64,000 nucleotides of DNA from Candidatus Latescibacterota bacterium (GCA_963662665.2 CAXXJS010000020.1:96001-160000); one strand, 5' to 3'. Counted from the first letter of the stretch, positions 9,549-19,931 are shown. Notes: generated from the sequence alone by a model not told the origin. A program made the numbers and translations.

Positions 9549-10925
9549 TTAGTGGACCGCAGCAAGCGCTTCGTCCATCATCGAACGTCTCTCATGCGAA
9601 TCCATCCAGCGCTCTTGGATTTCGGGCGCAAGGCAGTCTATGGGATCGAAGTAGAGGAAATGCTCTCCCGGCCGAACAGTGGGACTTGCGAATACCGCAA
9701 TGCCCGTTTCTTCGTTGTAATGTTCGTAGGAGTGCCCGTCTCGCTTTCCGCCGCCACCCAGCGTGTCCACAATGAACGTCGGCGTGTTGAACCCGGCCGT
9801 TGCGCCGCGCAGGGACTTTTCAATTTCAAGACCGGCGCGCAGCGTTGTCCTCAGGTCCTCCACCCCCTGCACCAGATCGTGGAAGAACACATAATAGGGT
9901 TGTATGTTCAGGAAACTCAACCGCTTCACCAGTTGCTTCATCGTTTGCGTATCGTCGTTTACGCCGCGCTGAAGCACGGCCTGATTCCGTACCGTTACGC
10001 CCCGCTCCATGAGAAGGTCCATCGCATCCTGCGTGACTCCGGTCATCTCATCGGGATGATTGAAGTGGGTGTGCATGACCACTTCCTTGTGCATTCTCCG
10101 CCCCCGATCCACCACGCGTACGAGCGCGTCCACCCATTCTACATCGCTCAGGATCTTGCCCGGCATGACCGCAGGACCCTTGGTGGCAAACCGAAACCGC
10201 CGTATATGCGGTATATCCAACAGGGTCTCGCCCACCTCCCTGATCTGCACCGCTCTGAGATTGTATACGTCGCCGCCGCTGACCACCACGTCTTCAATCT
10301 CGGGGCGCGACCTCAAGTATTCAAACACACGACCCCAGCGGCTCTTGTTGGCGCCCAGATGCACCTTTTCCACGCCATCCGTATCGAGCCCCACGGCATA
10401 GCTGCGCGTGCAGAAACGGCAATAGACCGGACAGGTATCCAGCGTCAGGAAAAGTGCCCTGTCGGGATATCGGTGGGTAAGTCCGGGAACGGGGGAATCA
10501 CGCTGTTCGTTCAGAGAATCGAGGTGAAGCTCGGGGTGATCCGGCAGTTGCTGGGAGGCCAAGGGCAAAAACTGGGTTCTCAGCGGATCAGCGTACGGAT
10601 CATCCCAATCGATCAGGCTGAGGATATACGGCGAAATCCGTATGCTCATCGGCGCCCGGCCCAGCCCCTCGCGCAAGTCCTTGTAAAAGCCCGACCCTGC
10701 GAGTCCGCCAAGGACTTCCTGCAGACGCTCCACGCTTGTTGGTGAATTGCGGGCTTGAAAGAGGTGGGAGTGGAATGTTTCCGCGTCTACGTTCGCATAT
10801 TCCGGAATCCTCTGCCAGAACGCGTCCCTGCGTAAACGGCGATGTGCAAATACATCCTGCCGTTCAGCCCCGCCCGCCATAACACTGTCGTCAATATAGA
10901 CGCCTGCAGTCTCCATTACGGACAC
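9549..10925 (-). CDS. kamA: KamA family radical SAM enzyme (lysine 2,3-aminomutase-like)
   Basis: THRYPDR, CPVYCRFC radical-SAM triad, HTHFNHP, NQAVLQRGVND and the GGGGK PLP lysine. Alternative start ATG 10916. Confidence 0.85.
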   Translation of the reverse strand: MSVMETAGVYIDDSVMAGGAERQDVFAHRRLRRDAFWQRIPEYANVDAETFHSHLFQARNSPTSVERLQEVLGGLAGSGFYKDLREGLGRAPMSIRISPYILSLIDWDDPYADPLRTQFLPLASQQLPDHPELHLDSLNEQRDSPVPGLTHRYPDRALFLTLDTCPVYCRFCTRSYAVGLDTDGVEKVHLGANKSRWGRVFEYLRSRPEIEDVVVSGGDVYNLRAVQIREVGETLLDIPHIRRFRFATKGPAVMPGKILSDVEWVDALVRVVDRGRRMHKEVVMHTHFNHPDEMTGVTQDAMDLLMERGVTVRNQAVLQRGVNDDTQTMKQLVKRLSFLNIQPYYVFFHDLVQGVEDLRTTLRAGLEIEKSLRGATAGFNTPTFIVDTLGGGGKRDGHSYEHYNEETGIAVFASPTVRPGEHFLYFDPIDCLAPEIQERWMDSHERRSMMDEALAAVH

Positions 10926-11241
10926 GATCCCTCTCAGTTAGGGTGTTCTATTGTCACGTCTGTCTCGGCGGCCTGCCTCTTTCCGTCGAGCCGCAATGGG
11001 TTTCAGGCGACCGCGGCAGTCATATAGCACGGGTGGCTGTTGCGCGTTGCTTTGCGAGGGAAACACCACGTGCCCGGGACCAATCGAAGCGACATATGAT
11101 ATCACGCTTGCGAAAATTGTCAAGGGTTTTCCCGCGTCGGCTCCCGTTTCCGGGAAATACTGCTTGTTCGAATTATTTATCCTTCTTATATTTCACAGGT
11201 TAGAGTGTGTCTCCTTCTTAATAAAGGAAAAACAGCAAACC

Positions 11242-14004
11242 ATGTCAAAACGAGCCCTAAGGTTTCTACTACCTCTGGCCGGATTGCTTCTGGGATATAC
11301 GGGCCTCCGCCTGATTGTCTTCTTCTATACCGACTGGCTCTGGTTTCAGAACCTCGGATACGGATCCGTTCTCGTCACCTCGGCCCTCGCCCGCCTTCTT
11401 GCCTTTTTCGCCTTCGGTTCCACATTTGCGGTCTTGGCGGTGGTTAACGTCAGCATTGCGCGCAAGTATGGCCGACACACCCGTGAGATGCCTCTCGAGG
11501 TCATTGTCGCCGACGCCGAACCAGTTCTGCCGGAAAGACGTAAGCGTCAATTAATCCTGTGGTCAGGTACAATTGCCCTGTTAACCTGCGTCGCCGGTCT
11601 CATCGGCGCTGCGGCATGGCTGCCGCTGCTGCGCTACTTCTATCCCGTTCCATTTGGATTCTCCGATCCCGTATTCGACAACGATCTCAGCTTTTACCTA
11701 TTCAGCCTCCCCGCGTACAACTTTGTGCAGGGTTGGCTGGCATTCGCCGTTGTCCTTACCATCATCCTTGTCAGCTTCTCATATCACCGGGACCGCGCGC
11801 TTTGCAAGGCAAAACGAGGCTGGTCATCCACACCGTACGTCCGTGCACACCTCTCCGTCCTGTCGGCAATTCTCGCGTTCGTCTGCGCCTGGTGGTACTG
11901 GCTCAAGGAATACGAAATTCTCTATTCCTTTCGCAAAGACACCTTCTTCGGCGCCGGTTATACAGACGTGCACGTTCAGGTATTCGCCTATCGGTTGATG
12001 ATGGTTCTGTCCGTCGTTCTCGGCGCACTGCTGATGTACAACCTGCGCAGGAAAAATTGGCGGCCGATCGCGTACGGAGGGAGCGCGTATTTCTCGGCGA
12101 TTATTCTGCTAAGCTGGATATTTCCAATTCTTTTTGAGCAATTCGTGGTAAAACCCGACGAATTGAGACTTGAAGAACCCTACATTCGACGAACCATTGA
12201 ATACACGCAGAGGGCGTACGGTCTGGATCGGATCGAGGAAGTCCCGTTTTCGGCGGAGTCCGATCTGGATTTTGAGGATATCCGGAACAATCTGCCCACC
12301 ATCCGCAACATTCCGCTCTGGGACCGTCGACCCCTGATCGCGACCTACAGCCAGCTTCAGGAAATCCGGTCCTACTATCGTTTCGGCAGTGTCGACGTGG
12401 ACCGCTATCCCATCAACGGCGAATACCAGCAAGTGCTGTTAGCCGCGCGCGAATTTTCGAGAGACCGGTTGGCAATCCAGGGGGAAACCTGGGTCAATCG
12501 TCACCTGGTCTATACTCACGGTTACGGCTTTTGCATGAGCCCGGCGAATAAGATCGGCGAAGAGGGCCTTCCGGAATTTTATGTCAAAGACATCCCGCCC
12601 AGACCGTCGGTCGACATCCAGGTCGATCGCCCCGAGATCTATTATGGCGAAGCCCGGCAGGATTACGTGATTGTCAATTCCAGGACCGAGGAATTCGACT
12701 ACCCTCGCGGCGACGAAAACGCTTACACAACCTACCGGGGCACAGGCGGCGTGCCCGTCAATTCTTTCCTTCGCCGGCTCCTGTTCGCCCTGCGTTTCGG
12801 GGACCCGTATCTGCTCGTCACGAAGAACCTGAAGCCCGAAAGCCGCATCCAGTTCGACCGGCACATCGGTCGTCGTTTTCGGGACGAAGGCCCCAGGCGT
12901 TTCCAGAAACTGGCGCCATATCTTCGTTTCGACAAAGACCCCTATCTCGTCACGGTAAACGGACGACTCGTCTGGATACAGGATGCCTACACCGAAAGCA
13001 ATATGTACCCATACGCGGAGCCCTACGGCAGACCCTACGTGCGTGAGGCCAACTACATTCGCAACGCCGTCAAGGCCACCCTCGACGCCTATGACGGCAC
13101 CGTCACGTTTTACGTGTGGGATCCTGACGATCCGCTCGTCCGATCCTACATGGAAATCTTCCCTGATCTCTATCGGCCGAAGGAGGCCATGCCCGAGGCG
13201 CTGCGCGCCCACGTCAGATACCCCGCAGATCTGTTTGAAATCCAGGCGTCTCTCTACAACACCTACCATATGGCCACGCCGCAGGTGTTCTACAACCGCG
13301 AAGACGTCTGGGAGCCGGCCATGGAAATCTACGGAGTTTCCGAACGCCCGCGGGTTATGGCACCCTATTACATTATCGTCAAACTCCCCGACGCCGACCG
13401 GGAGGAATTCGTGTTGATGCTGCCGGCCACCCCCGCCGGTAAAGCCAACATGATCGCGTGGCTTCTCGCCCGATGCGACGGGCCCAACTATGGCCGGCTT
13501 ATGGTTTACAAACTGCCCAAGGAAAAACTGATTTACGGTCCCATGCTGATCGAACGCCGTATCGATCAGGATACGGATATCTCACGTGAAATTACGCTTT
13601 GGAGCCAGAGAGGTTCGGACGTGCTCCGTGGCAACCTTCTCGTCGTTCCAATAGAAAACGGCTTCATCTATGTTGAGCCGCTCTACCTGAGGGCCACACA
13701 GCGCGGTATGCCCGAACTGAAGCGGGTATTGGTGTCGCACGGCGATAGACTTGTTATGGCGGAAGATCTGGAAAAGGCGTTGTATCTGGCCTTCGACGAG
13801 CAAGGAACCGTCCCGGATTTCCGTCACCGTCCCAAGCCGGAAACGACGGGGTTTCGAATACTGAGCCAAACCGCCCTCACGCAGTTCGACACGGCGCAGT
13901 CCCGGCTTCAAATGGGCGACTTCGCGGGCTACGGAGATGCCGTAGAAAGCCTGCGGAAGACACTTCAACAACTGCGGAGCGAGGCGGAGACAGAGGGGAA
14001 ATAA
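11242..14004 (+). CDS. UPF0182 family membrane protein
   Basis: YTDWLWF..LGY, QLQEIRSYY.F..VDVDRY, W.N.HLVYTHGYG and NYIRNAVK motifs. ATG 11242 preferred as start. Confidence 0.92.
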   Translation: MSKRALRFLLPLAGLLLGYTGLRLIVFFYTDWLWFQNLGYGSVLVTSALARLLAFFAFGSTFAVLAVVNVSIARKYGRHTREMPLEVIVADAEPVLPERRKRQLILWSGTIALLTCVAGLIGAAAWLPLLRYFYPVPFGFSDPVFDNDLSFYLFSLPAYNFVQGWLAFAVVLTIILVSFSYHRDRALCKAKRGWSSTPYVRAHLSVLSAILAFVCAWWYWLKEYEILYSFRKDTFFGAGYTDVHVQVFAYRLMMVLSVVLGALLMYNLRRKNWRPIAYGGSAYFSAIILLSWIFPILFEQFVVKPDELRLEEPYIRRTIEYTQRAYGLDRIEEVPFSAESDLDFEDIRNNLPTIRNIPLWDRRPLIATYSQLQEIRSYYRFGSVDVDRYPINGEYQQVLLAAREFSRDRLAIQGETWVNRHLVYTHGYGFCMSPANKIGEEGLPEFYVKDIPPRPSVDIQVDRPEIYYGEARQDYVIVNSRTEEFDYPRGDENAYTTYRGTGGVPVNSFLRRLLFALRFGDPYLLVTKNLKPESRIQFDRHIGRRFRDEGPRRFQKLAPYLRFDKDPYLVTVNGRLVWIQDAYTESNMYPYAEPYGRPYVREANYIRNAVKATLDAYDGTVTFYVWDPDDPLVRSYMEIFPDLYRPKEAMPEALRAHVRYPADLFEIQASLYNTYHMATPQVFYNREDVWEPAMEIYGVSERPRVMAPYYIIVKLPDADREEFVLMLPATPAGKANMIAWLLARCDGPNYGRLMVYKLPKEKLIYGPMLIERRIDQDTDISREITLWSQRGSDVLRGNLLVVPIENGFIYVEPLYLRATQRGMPELKRVLVSHGDRLVMAEDLEKALYLAFDEQGTVPDFRHRPKPETTGFRILSQTALTQFDTAQSRLQMGDFAGYGDAVESLRKTLQQLRSEAETEGK

Positions 14005-14008
14005 GAGA

Positions 14009-14923
14009 ATGGCGGCTGTTGGTTCATCCAAATGGGCTTCGCTGGCAACAGAACAGCGCAATCCCGCCAGCGTATGTATCGACGAGGCATCCACCCTCAG
14101 GATCCTGGAGATCCTCAACGAGGAAGACCAGAGGGTCCCGAAAGCTGTAAATGCCGTTTTATCGCAGGTCTCGGAAGCCGTGGATCTCGTGGTCCGTGCG
14201 CTGAGAAACGGCGGCCGGCTCTTCTATGTTGGCGCCGGAACCAGTGGCCGGCTCGGTGTCTTGGATGCCGCTGAGTGCCCGCCCACGTTCGGAACCCCGC
14301 CCGAGACGGTACAGGGCATTATCGCCGGGGGAGAAGACGCGCTTCTCCGTACGGCGGAACGCGCCGAGGACCGCCCGGAAAACGGCGCGTCTCAACTGCG
14401 CCAACGACACCTGTCGGCGCGGGATATCGTCATGGGAATTGCCGCCAGCGGCGTGACACCCTTTGTGCTGGGGGCACTCGCCTACGCCCGTCGCAAGGGC
14501 GTGGCAACCGTCTTCTTCACCTGCAACCCCCACGCAGCGGTCCGGGTCGACGCAAAGATCAAGATTGTACCGGAAGTAGGTCCGGAAGTGGTTACCGGTT
14601 CGACCCGCCTGAAGGCCGGTACCGCAACCAAACTCGTCTTGAACATGATCACAACGGCAACCATGGTGAGGCTGGGCAAAGTGTACGGGAATCTGATGGT
14701 GGACCTCACTCCCACCTGTGCAAAGCTGAATGACCGGGCGCAGCGGATCCTGATGGAAACAACAGGACTCTCGCGCGGCGACAGCAGACGTTTGCTCGCG
14801 GCGGCCGGAGACGTCAAAACGGCCATTGTGATGACAAAAAGGGCCGTCTCAAAAGAGACAGCCCTTCAATTGCTCTCGAAGAACGACGGCATCGTAAAAC
14901 GCGCACTGGAGGACAGCCCCTGA
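14009..14923 (+). CDS. murQ: N-acetylmuramic acid 6-phosphate etherase
   Basis: TEQRNP, GAGTSGRLGVLDAAECPPTFG and GPEVVTGSTRLKAGTATK motifs. Confidence 0.95.
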   Translation: MAAVGSSKWASLATEQRNPASVCIDEASTLRILEILNEEDQRVPKAVNAVLSQVSEAVDLVVRALRNGGRLFYVGAGTSGRLGVLDAAECPPTFGTPPETVQGIIAGGEDALLRTAERAEDRPENGASQLRQRHLSARDIVMGIAASGVTPFVLGALAYARRKGVATVFFTCNPHAAVRVDAKIKIVPEVGPEVVTGSTRLKAGTATKLVLNMITTATMVRLGKVYGNLMVDLTPTCAKLNDRAQRILMETTGLSRGDSRRLLAAAGDVKTAIVMTKRAVSKETALQLLSKNDGIVKRALEDSP

Positions 14924-14926
14924 TTC

Positions 14927-16474
14927 TCATTGCGCACGCGCCGATTTTTCGCCAATGGTGCTGTAGAAAGCCTTGACCATCCGATCCAGATATCCTTTGG
15001 CATTTTCCGCGGCGTCTCTTTCGATTACATACTCGGACTTGCCCACCAGCTTTAAACCGTGCCCGTAATCGTCGAACAGTGTATGGCAGAGCGCCTCAAC
15101 CGACATGCCGTCGCGGGATGCGGTTTCGGCCAGGACCGCTTTTGCGGAATCTGAAAACGTCAACGAAATTTCATACGCATTTAGAAACTGTGCAACATAC
15201 GACGAGATATCCCGGTGGACAAGCAACTGTTGCAACTCCAGTGTCGGGTTTTCCACAACATCGGAGGTAACGGTAAACGAACGGATGTCGGTTGACGGAA
15301 GGGCTTTTTCGAACTTCAACAACGCCCGTTCACAGACGCTCACCAGCGCCCGCGCCCCCGTCTGTTCGGTGGACGCCTGTTCGGCCAGCCGCCGCAGCGC
15401 GGCGTCTTCGAAGCTCAGGTCTATTCCATAGGCCAGGAAATCCCGCTTCTTTCCAAGAATGACGGAACTTGTCGGACTTTTCAGGATCTGATACAGATCC
15501 TCTACTGAAAGCGGCTCCAGAATGGCCACGACCGGCAGTCGCCCCACGAATTCGGACTCGAATCCGAACGCGATAAGGTCTTCCGTAACGGCCTGTTTCA
15601 AATAGGACATGCGGTCCGCCTCAAGGTTCTGGACTCGTTCCGTTTCGGCCTTGAATCCCATTCTGTTGCGATTGAGTCGGCGCTTGATCAGGTCCTCGAA
15701 TCCGTTGAACGCGCCGCTTACGATAAAGAGTATATTTCGTGTATTGATTTTCTTTCGTTCCATTTTTCCGCTTTGCTGATACTGCATCATGGCTTCCATC
15801 TGCGAAGCCAGATCATGGGGCGCTTTCAGGTCGACCTCGGTCTCTTCCATCAACTTCAACAGATTGCGCTGAACGCCGCTTCGCGAGACGTCCGGACCCA
15901 CCAGGTTGGGGGTTGAAGCGATTTTGTCGATCTCGTCCACGTAGATGATACCGTACTGGGCCTTATCTATGCTGCCGCCGGCCTCGCGCACCAGTTCGCG
16001 CACCAGGTCTTCGACGTCGCCACCGACATATCCGGTCTCGCTGAACTTGGTTGCATCGCCCTTCACGAAAGGAACGCCGATACGATGGGCGATCAATTTG
16101 ATGAGATACGTCTTACCCACGCCCGTCGGACCGATCAGCAGGATGTTGTTTTTGATGTTACCCACGGAACGGTGTTCGAATTCAGGATCTTCCCGATCCA
16201 GCTTCATCCGGTTGAAGTGGGTGCAGATCTTGGTGGCTAACACTTCCTTAGCTTCGTCCTGCTTGATCACGTACTCGTCAAGAAAGGCTTCGAGTTCCTC
16301 CGGCTTCAGGTCGAAATCTATGGTCTCATCCTGTGTATCCTGCGTACGCGGACCTTCATTGCTGCCTTCGGCCTCCGTCTGCGGAAACACAACCTGAGCG
16401 CCATACTTCTGTTCGATCAGGTCCTTGAGATCTTTCTGCAGCTCTTTGGGATTCACGGGTCGTTGTTCCGGCAT
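14927..16474 (-). CDS. ClpX-like AAA+ ATPase (no N-terminal Zn finger, C-terminal extension)
   Basis: [50 protein letters not shown], an MGF loop, EFVGRLPV and TGARAL. Confidence 0.85.
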   Translation of the reverse strand: MPEQRPVNPKELQKDLKDLIEQKYGAQVVFPQTEAEGSNEGPRTQDTQDETIDFDLKPEELEAFLDEYVIKQDEAKEVLATKICTHFNRMKLDREDPEFEHRSVGNIKNNILLIGPTGVGKTYLIKLIAHRIGVPFVKGDATKFSETGYVGGDVEDLVRELVREAGGSIDKAQYGIIYVDEIDKIASTPNLVGPDVSRSGVQRNLLKLMEETEVDLKAPHDLASQMEAMMQYQQSGKMERKKINTRNILFIVSGAFNGFEDLIKRRLNRNRMGFKAETERVQNLEADRMSYLKQAVTEDLIAFGFESEFVGRLPVVAILEPLSVEDLYQILKSPTSSVILGKKRDFLAYGIDLSFEDAALRRLAEQASTEQTGARALVSVCERALLKFEKALPSTDIRSFTVTSDVVENPTLELQQLLVHRDISSYVAQFLNAYEISLTFSDSAKAVLAETASRDGMSVEALCHTLFDDYGHGLKLVGKSEYVIERDAAENAKGYLDRMVKAFYSTIGEKSARAQ

Positions 16475-16500
16475 CGATCTCCATCTCCACGTTTGGGCCG

Positions 16501-16669
16501 CTTAACAGTCCGTTGAAAAAGTCGCTCTGCAGGCGAGGCCGAGTCATTTTGGCCGAAGACAAGGCGCGCGACCGCGTCGAATCAGGGATTCGAGGAGGGA
16601 GCGAAACGCAGTAATTCGGCCACAAGGGCCGGACGCAGCCCGGATGGACTTTTTCAACGGGCTGTTAAG
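16501..16669. mobile_element. MITE-like non-autonomous element with 23-bp terminal inverted repeats
   Basis: CTTAACAGTCCGTTGAAAAAGTC (16501-16523) matches the reverse complement of GACTTTTTCAACGGGCTGTTAAG (16647-16669) at 22/23. TTAA at both ends, no transposase ORF, and a related copy at 48219-48344. Confidence 0.8.
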
Positions 16670-16700
16670 GCCGCATCCGACTCAATTTCATGGGCGAGTA

Positions 16701-16729
16701 AGAATACCAGGTCCAACCTGAAATGTCAA
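16701..16729 (-). promoter_or_regulatory. sigma70-type promoter for the ClpX-like gene
   Basis: Minus strand TTGACA-17 bp-TATTCT. Confidence 0.55.
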
Positions 16730-16952
16730 GGAGTTCAATACTTTACCATCCCTCACCGGTTCCTGATTCCGGACGGGCGCTCCCGCGCACGAACCCCGAG
16801 GCGGTCTCAGGTCTTAATTCGGCCGGACGCGCCGGTTCACCCGCGTCGTCGTTTCCCGCATTGTGGGTGGGGGTATCAGATGATCCCTGTGGCGGCGGCA
16901 GTAAGTAAACCGCGGGACTCACACTTCTGAATTCCGATGCGAGTATTGACCC

Positions 16953-18680
16953 ATGAACCTCAGCTACTTCACGCTGCGGCGCCTGAGCCTCGAACTGAAC
17001 GAGACGCTGACCGGAAAACGCATCCGTCGCGCCGTCATTTCAGGAACGCACGAGCTTGTTCTCGAAACAAACGACGGCATACTCCTGTTCCTCTCGGCAT
17101 CTCCTGCCACGGGCCGCCTGCAGTTTGTGCGCCGGCTTCCGACGGCCGCACAGCCCCTGCCGCCGTGGGTCGAACACCACCTCTTGAACAGCGTAATCCG
17201 CGAGGTCTCTCAAATCCCGTTGGAGCGCATCCTTTCATTCACCACGCGTAAACGGGATCGACTGGGTGGAGAACGCCGATATCGGCTGTTCGTTGAGCTG
17301 ATCAACCGGCGAAATGACGTCATCCTGACGTCTGAACCGGATCAGCGCATATTGGGGTCGCTGCGCTGGATGGACGGAAAAGTTAACCGCCAGCGGCGAA
17401 TCCTGCCAGGACAACCCTATCGGCCTCCGCCCGCACAGGATAGAATTTCGCCCTCTGATCTCACCCCCGCCGACCTCGCCAGCGCGTTCGCGCAACAGAC
17501 AGACCAGCCCGTCCGAACGCTTGCAAATGCCGTTGCCGGACTGGATATCCTAACAGCCGCATCGTTGATCGCCGAAGCCGGCATCAATCGGAACGCGGAA
17601 CCGGCGTCCGAGGCGTGTGAGTTTCTGGCCAGCCGGATCCATTCTGTGTTTGCCCGACCTCCTTTTCTGGAAAAACCTGAAATACTCAGTATACCGGACA
17701 GTCCGCCTTCCATCCGCGTTCTGAAACTGAAGCAAGGACCGGGCGAGGTGAAGCACGTCTGCACATCGGTCAGCGAAGCGATAGAACGGCTCGTCGAGTC
17801 GGAAGAAGACCGGCAGCACGTCAACGCAGACCGGCGCGCCATCGTCGCGGAACTGAACCGGCGCCTCACGTCACTCAAGAATAAGATTGGGCGAATTCAG
17901 GCCGATCTTGACGATACGGAGAACGCCGAACTGTACAGGAAATACGGGCATATTCTTATGGCAGGTCTGCACCGGATCCGCCTCGGAGACGCGTCCGTTA
18001 CGCTTCCCGATGTGTACGATCCGGCGGGGTCGCCTGCGACCATTCCGCTTAAAACCAACAAACTGCCCCATGAAAACGCCGCGGCGTACCTGAAACGAAG
18101 CCGGAAGGCGGAAAAGGCGCGACCCATCCTCACTCGACGTCTGAAAACCACGCGAGCGGAACTCGCAACGGTCGAAGGCTTCCTGGAGCTTCTCGATAAT
18201 ATCACCAGCCAGGAAGAGTTGACAGTGCTTCGGAACAAATTGACAGAAACCGGATGGTTGAAGAGTCGAAGACGGAAACCGGCTTCCGGCAGAAACGTCC
18301 CGTCCGAATCTTATCCCAGGCGTTACCGGACCTCGGACGGGTGGACCGTTCTGGTGGGACGCAACAACGTCGAGAACGACAGCCTCACGAAAGCATCGGC
18401 CAAAGACGACCTCTTCTTTCATGCACAGGGATGCCCGGGTTCGCACGTCATCCTGAAGCGTGAAGGCAAACACCAGGGCCCCTCAAACATCGCTCTGATG
18501 GAAGCCGCGAGCCTGGCCGCGTACTGGAGCAAAGCCCGGCATTCGAAAACCGTTCCCGTAAATTACACCGAGGTCCGGTACGTGCAAAAACCCCGAGGCG
18601 GCGCCCCGGGGCTCGTCACAATAAGGAATGAGATCACCCTTTTCGCCGCCCCTCGCCAGCTCAAGAGAACCGAATCGTAG
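16953..18680 (+). CDS. rqcH: NFACT/Rqc2 family ribosome quality-control protein (FbpA-like)
   Basis: N-terminal NFACT-N (LERIL.F...DRLG, LFVEL), a coiled coil, and NFACT-R (VGRNN.ENDSLT, FFHA.GCPGSHV, AASLAAYWSKA, VNYT.VRYV.KP). Confidence 0.88.
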   Translation: MNLSYFTLRRLSLELNETLTGKRIRRAVISGTHELVLETNDGILLFLSASPATGRLQFVRRLPTAAQPLPPWVEHHLLNSVIREVSQIPLERILSFTTRKRDRLGGERRYRLFVELINRRNDVILTSEPDQRILGSLRWMDGKVNRQRRILPGQPYRPPPAQDRISPSDLTPADLASAFAQQTDQPVRTLANAVAGLDILTAASLIAEAGINRNAEPASEACEFLASRIHSVFARPPFLEKPEILSIPDSPPSIRVLKLKQGPGEVKHVCTSVSEAIERLVESEEDRQHVNADRRAIVAELNRRLTSLKNKIGRIQADLDDTENAELYRKYGHILMAGLHRIRLGDASVTLPDVYDPAGSPATIPLKTNKLPHENAAAYLKRSRKAEKARPILTRRLKTTRAELATVEGFLELLDNITSQEELTVLRNKLTETGWLKSRRRKPASGRNVPSESYPRRYRTSDGWTVLVGRNNVENDSLTKASAKDDLFFHAQGCPGSHVILKREGKHQGPSNIALMEAASLAAYWSKARHSKTVPVNYTEVRYVQKPRGGAPGLVTIRNEITLFAAPRQLKRTES

Positions 18681-18714
18681 CGCGGCGCGAGGGCAAGCCA
18701 CCCAGCCAGGCCCC

Positions 18715-19479
18715 CTACCAGATTTTCGTATAATACACCAACCGGACCTGTCGATCGATGCGCTGCGACCGCTTGCCGTCGCGAAACAGGTTCTTTACGT
18801 CCACTTCGAGATTCAGTCGATCGGAAGGCATCCAGCGACCGCCCAGATTCAGCCTCCCTCTGCCCGAACCCAGCGAATTGTCTTCGTTGTCGTTGATCGC
18901 GAAGTCGTATTCCACCAATAGCGCAAAGGCACGCTTGAGTTCGACGTCGGCGCCCAGAAACCCCGAAAAATCCCCGTCCCCGTCACCATCCTCCAGGCTG
19001 CGATTCAATCCGGCGTGGACCCCCATATCTCCAAGCGGAAACCCGTAGTTCTTGCTCGCCACCCCATAGAAACCCTTGGATTTGACCGCATATCGCTTCA
19101 GTCCCTCGTCGTATTCGCCGTATCCCTGGGAATGATAGCCCACGGCAACCGCCGGAATCTTCAACTCCTCCTCGATCACCCGGACGCGGCCAGCCACCTC
19201 CACCCGTGGATTCCACGCGGCCTCGCGGCTGCCCACAATGTGCTGCCCTCCAAATGAGACCCCAAGGCTGATGCGATTGTGGACGCCGACTTCGATCTGG
19301 GAGAGAATGCCGCTATCGCCATACAGTCGCAGGTCCGCGGCCAGGCGGCCAGGCGGCAGCATGCCGGCGGTCGGCCCGTCCACCAGCCATCGTGGCACAT
19401 TCCCCTGGGCAAAGGCCGAGTGGCAAATCCCCCACCAGACAGAGAACAACAACAATATCCACCTCGCGTACCGTATCAT
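18715..19479 (-). CDS. Exported YjbH-like putative beta-barrel protein
   Basis: Signal peptide, LVDGPTAGML motif and alternating beta-strand pattern. Its start overlaps the tsaE stop. Confidence 0.6.
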   Translation of the reverse strand: MIRYARWILLLFSVWWGICHSAFAQGNVPRWLVDGPTAGMLPPGRLAADLRLYGDSGILSQIEVGVHNRISLGVSFGGQHIVGSREAAWNPRVEVAGRVRVIEEELKIPAVAVGYHSQGYGEYDEGLKRYAVKSKGFYGVASKNYGFPLGDMGVHAGLNRSLEDGDGDGDFSGFLGADVELKRAFALLVEYDFAINDNEDNSLGSGRGRLNLGGRWMPSDRLNLEVDVKNLFRDGKRSQRIDRQVRLVYYTKIW

Positions 19480-19931
19480 GTGCCTTCTCCATGGTCAAGT
19501 ATGAATCTGCGTGTACCGGATTCCGGAATTTCAATCCGGATACGCAACGTCTTCGCCGGAAGCAGCGATCCGGCGCGTTCCGCCCATTCGATCAGACAGA
19601 TGCCGTTGCCTGCAAGGTAATCATCCCATCCCAGGTCGACAAGGGCCTCGATATCAGGGAGCCTGTACAGATCGAAGTGGTAGACCGGCACCGGACGCGA
19701 CGCGACGTCCCTGCCCAGGTATTCATTCACGAGGATGAACGTGGGACTGGTCACCCGGTCCGTTACGTTCAGTCCGTCACAGATGCCCTGCGCAAGGCAG
19801 GTCTTGCCGCTGCCGAGTTCCCCGATCAGTCCGACACAGTCACCCGGCCGTAAACGAATGGACAATTTTCTGCCGAACGCTCGCGTCTGTTCCGGCGAAG
19901 CGGTATTGAATTCGGCCGTTGGTTTCCGCAT
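19476..19931 (-). CDS. tsaE: tRNA threonylcarbamoyladenosine biosynthesis ATPase
   Basis: GELGSGKT, VTSPTF.LVNEY, YHFDLYRL and LIEWAE motifs. Confidence 0.95.
   Translation of the reverse strand: MRKPTAEFNTASPEQTRAFGRKLSIRLRPGDCVGLIGELGSGKTCLAQGICDGLNVTDRVTSPTFILVNEYLGRDVASRPVPVYHFDLYRLPDIEALVDLGWDDYLAGNGICLIEWAERAGSLLPAKTLRIRIEIPESGTRRFILDHGEGT

Noticed and set aside
9552-10745. 397-aa plus-strand ORF antisense to kamA
   Set aside because: A shadow ORF typical of GC-rich coding DNA, with no recognisable motifs. The same applies to the long antisense ORFs over clpC (60797-62686), prfB (57298-58407), ftsK, ligA and the UvrD helicase.
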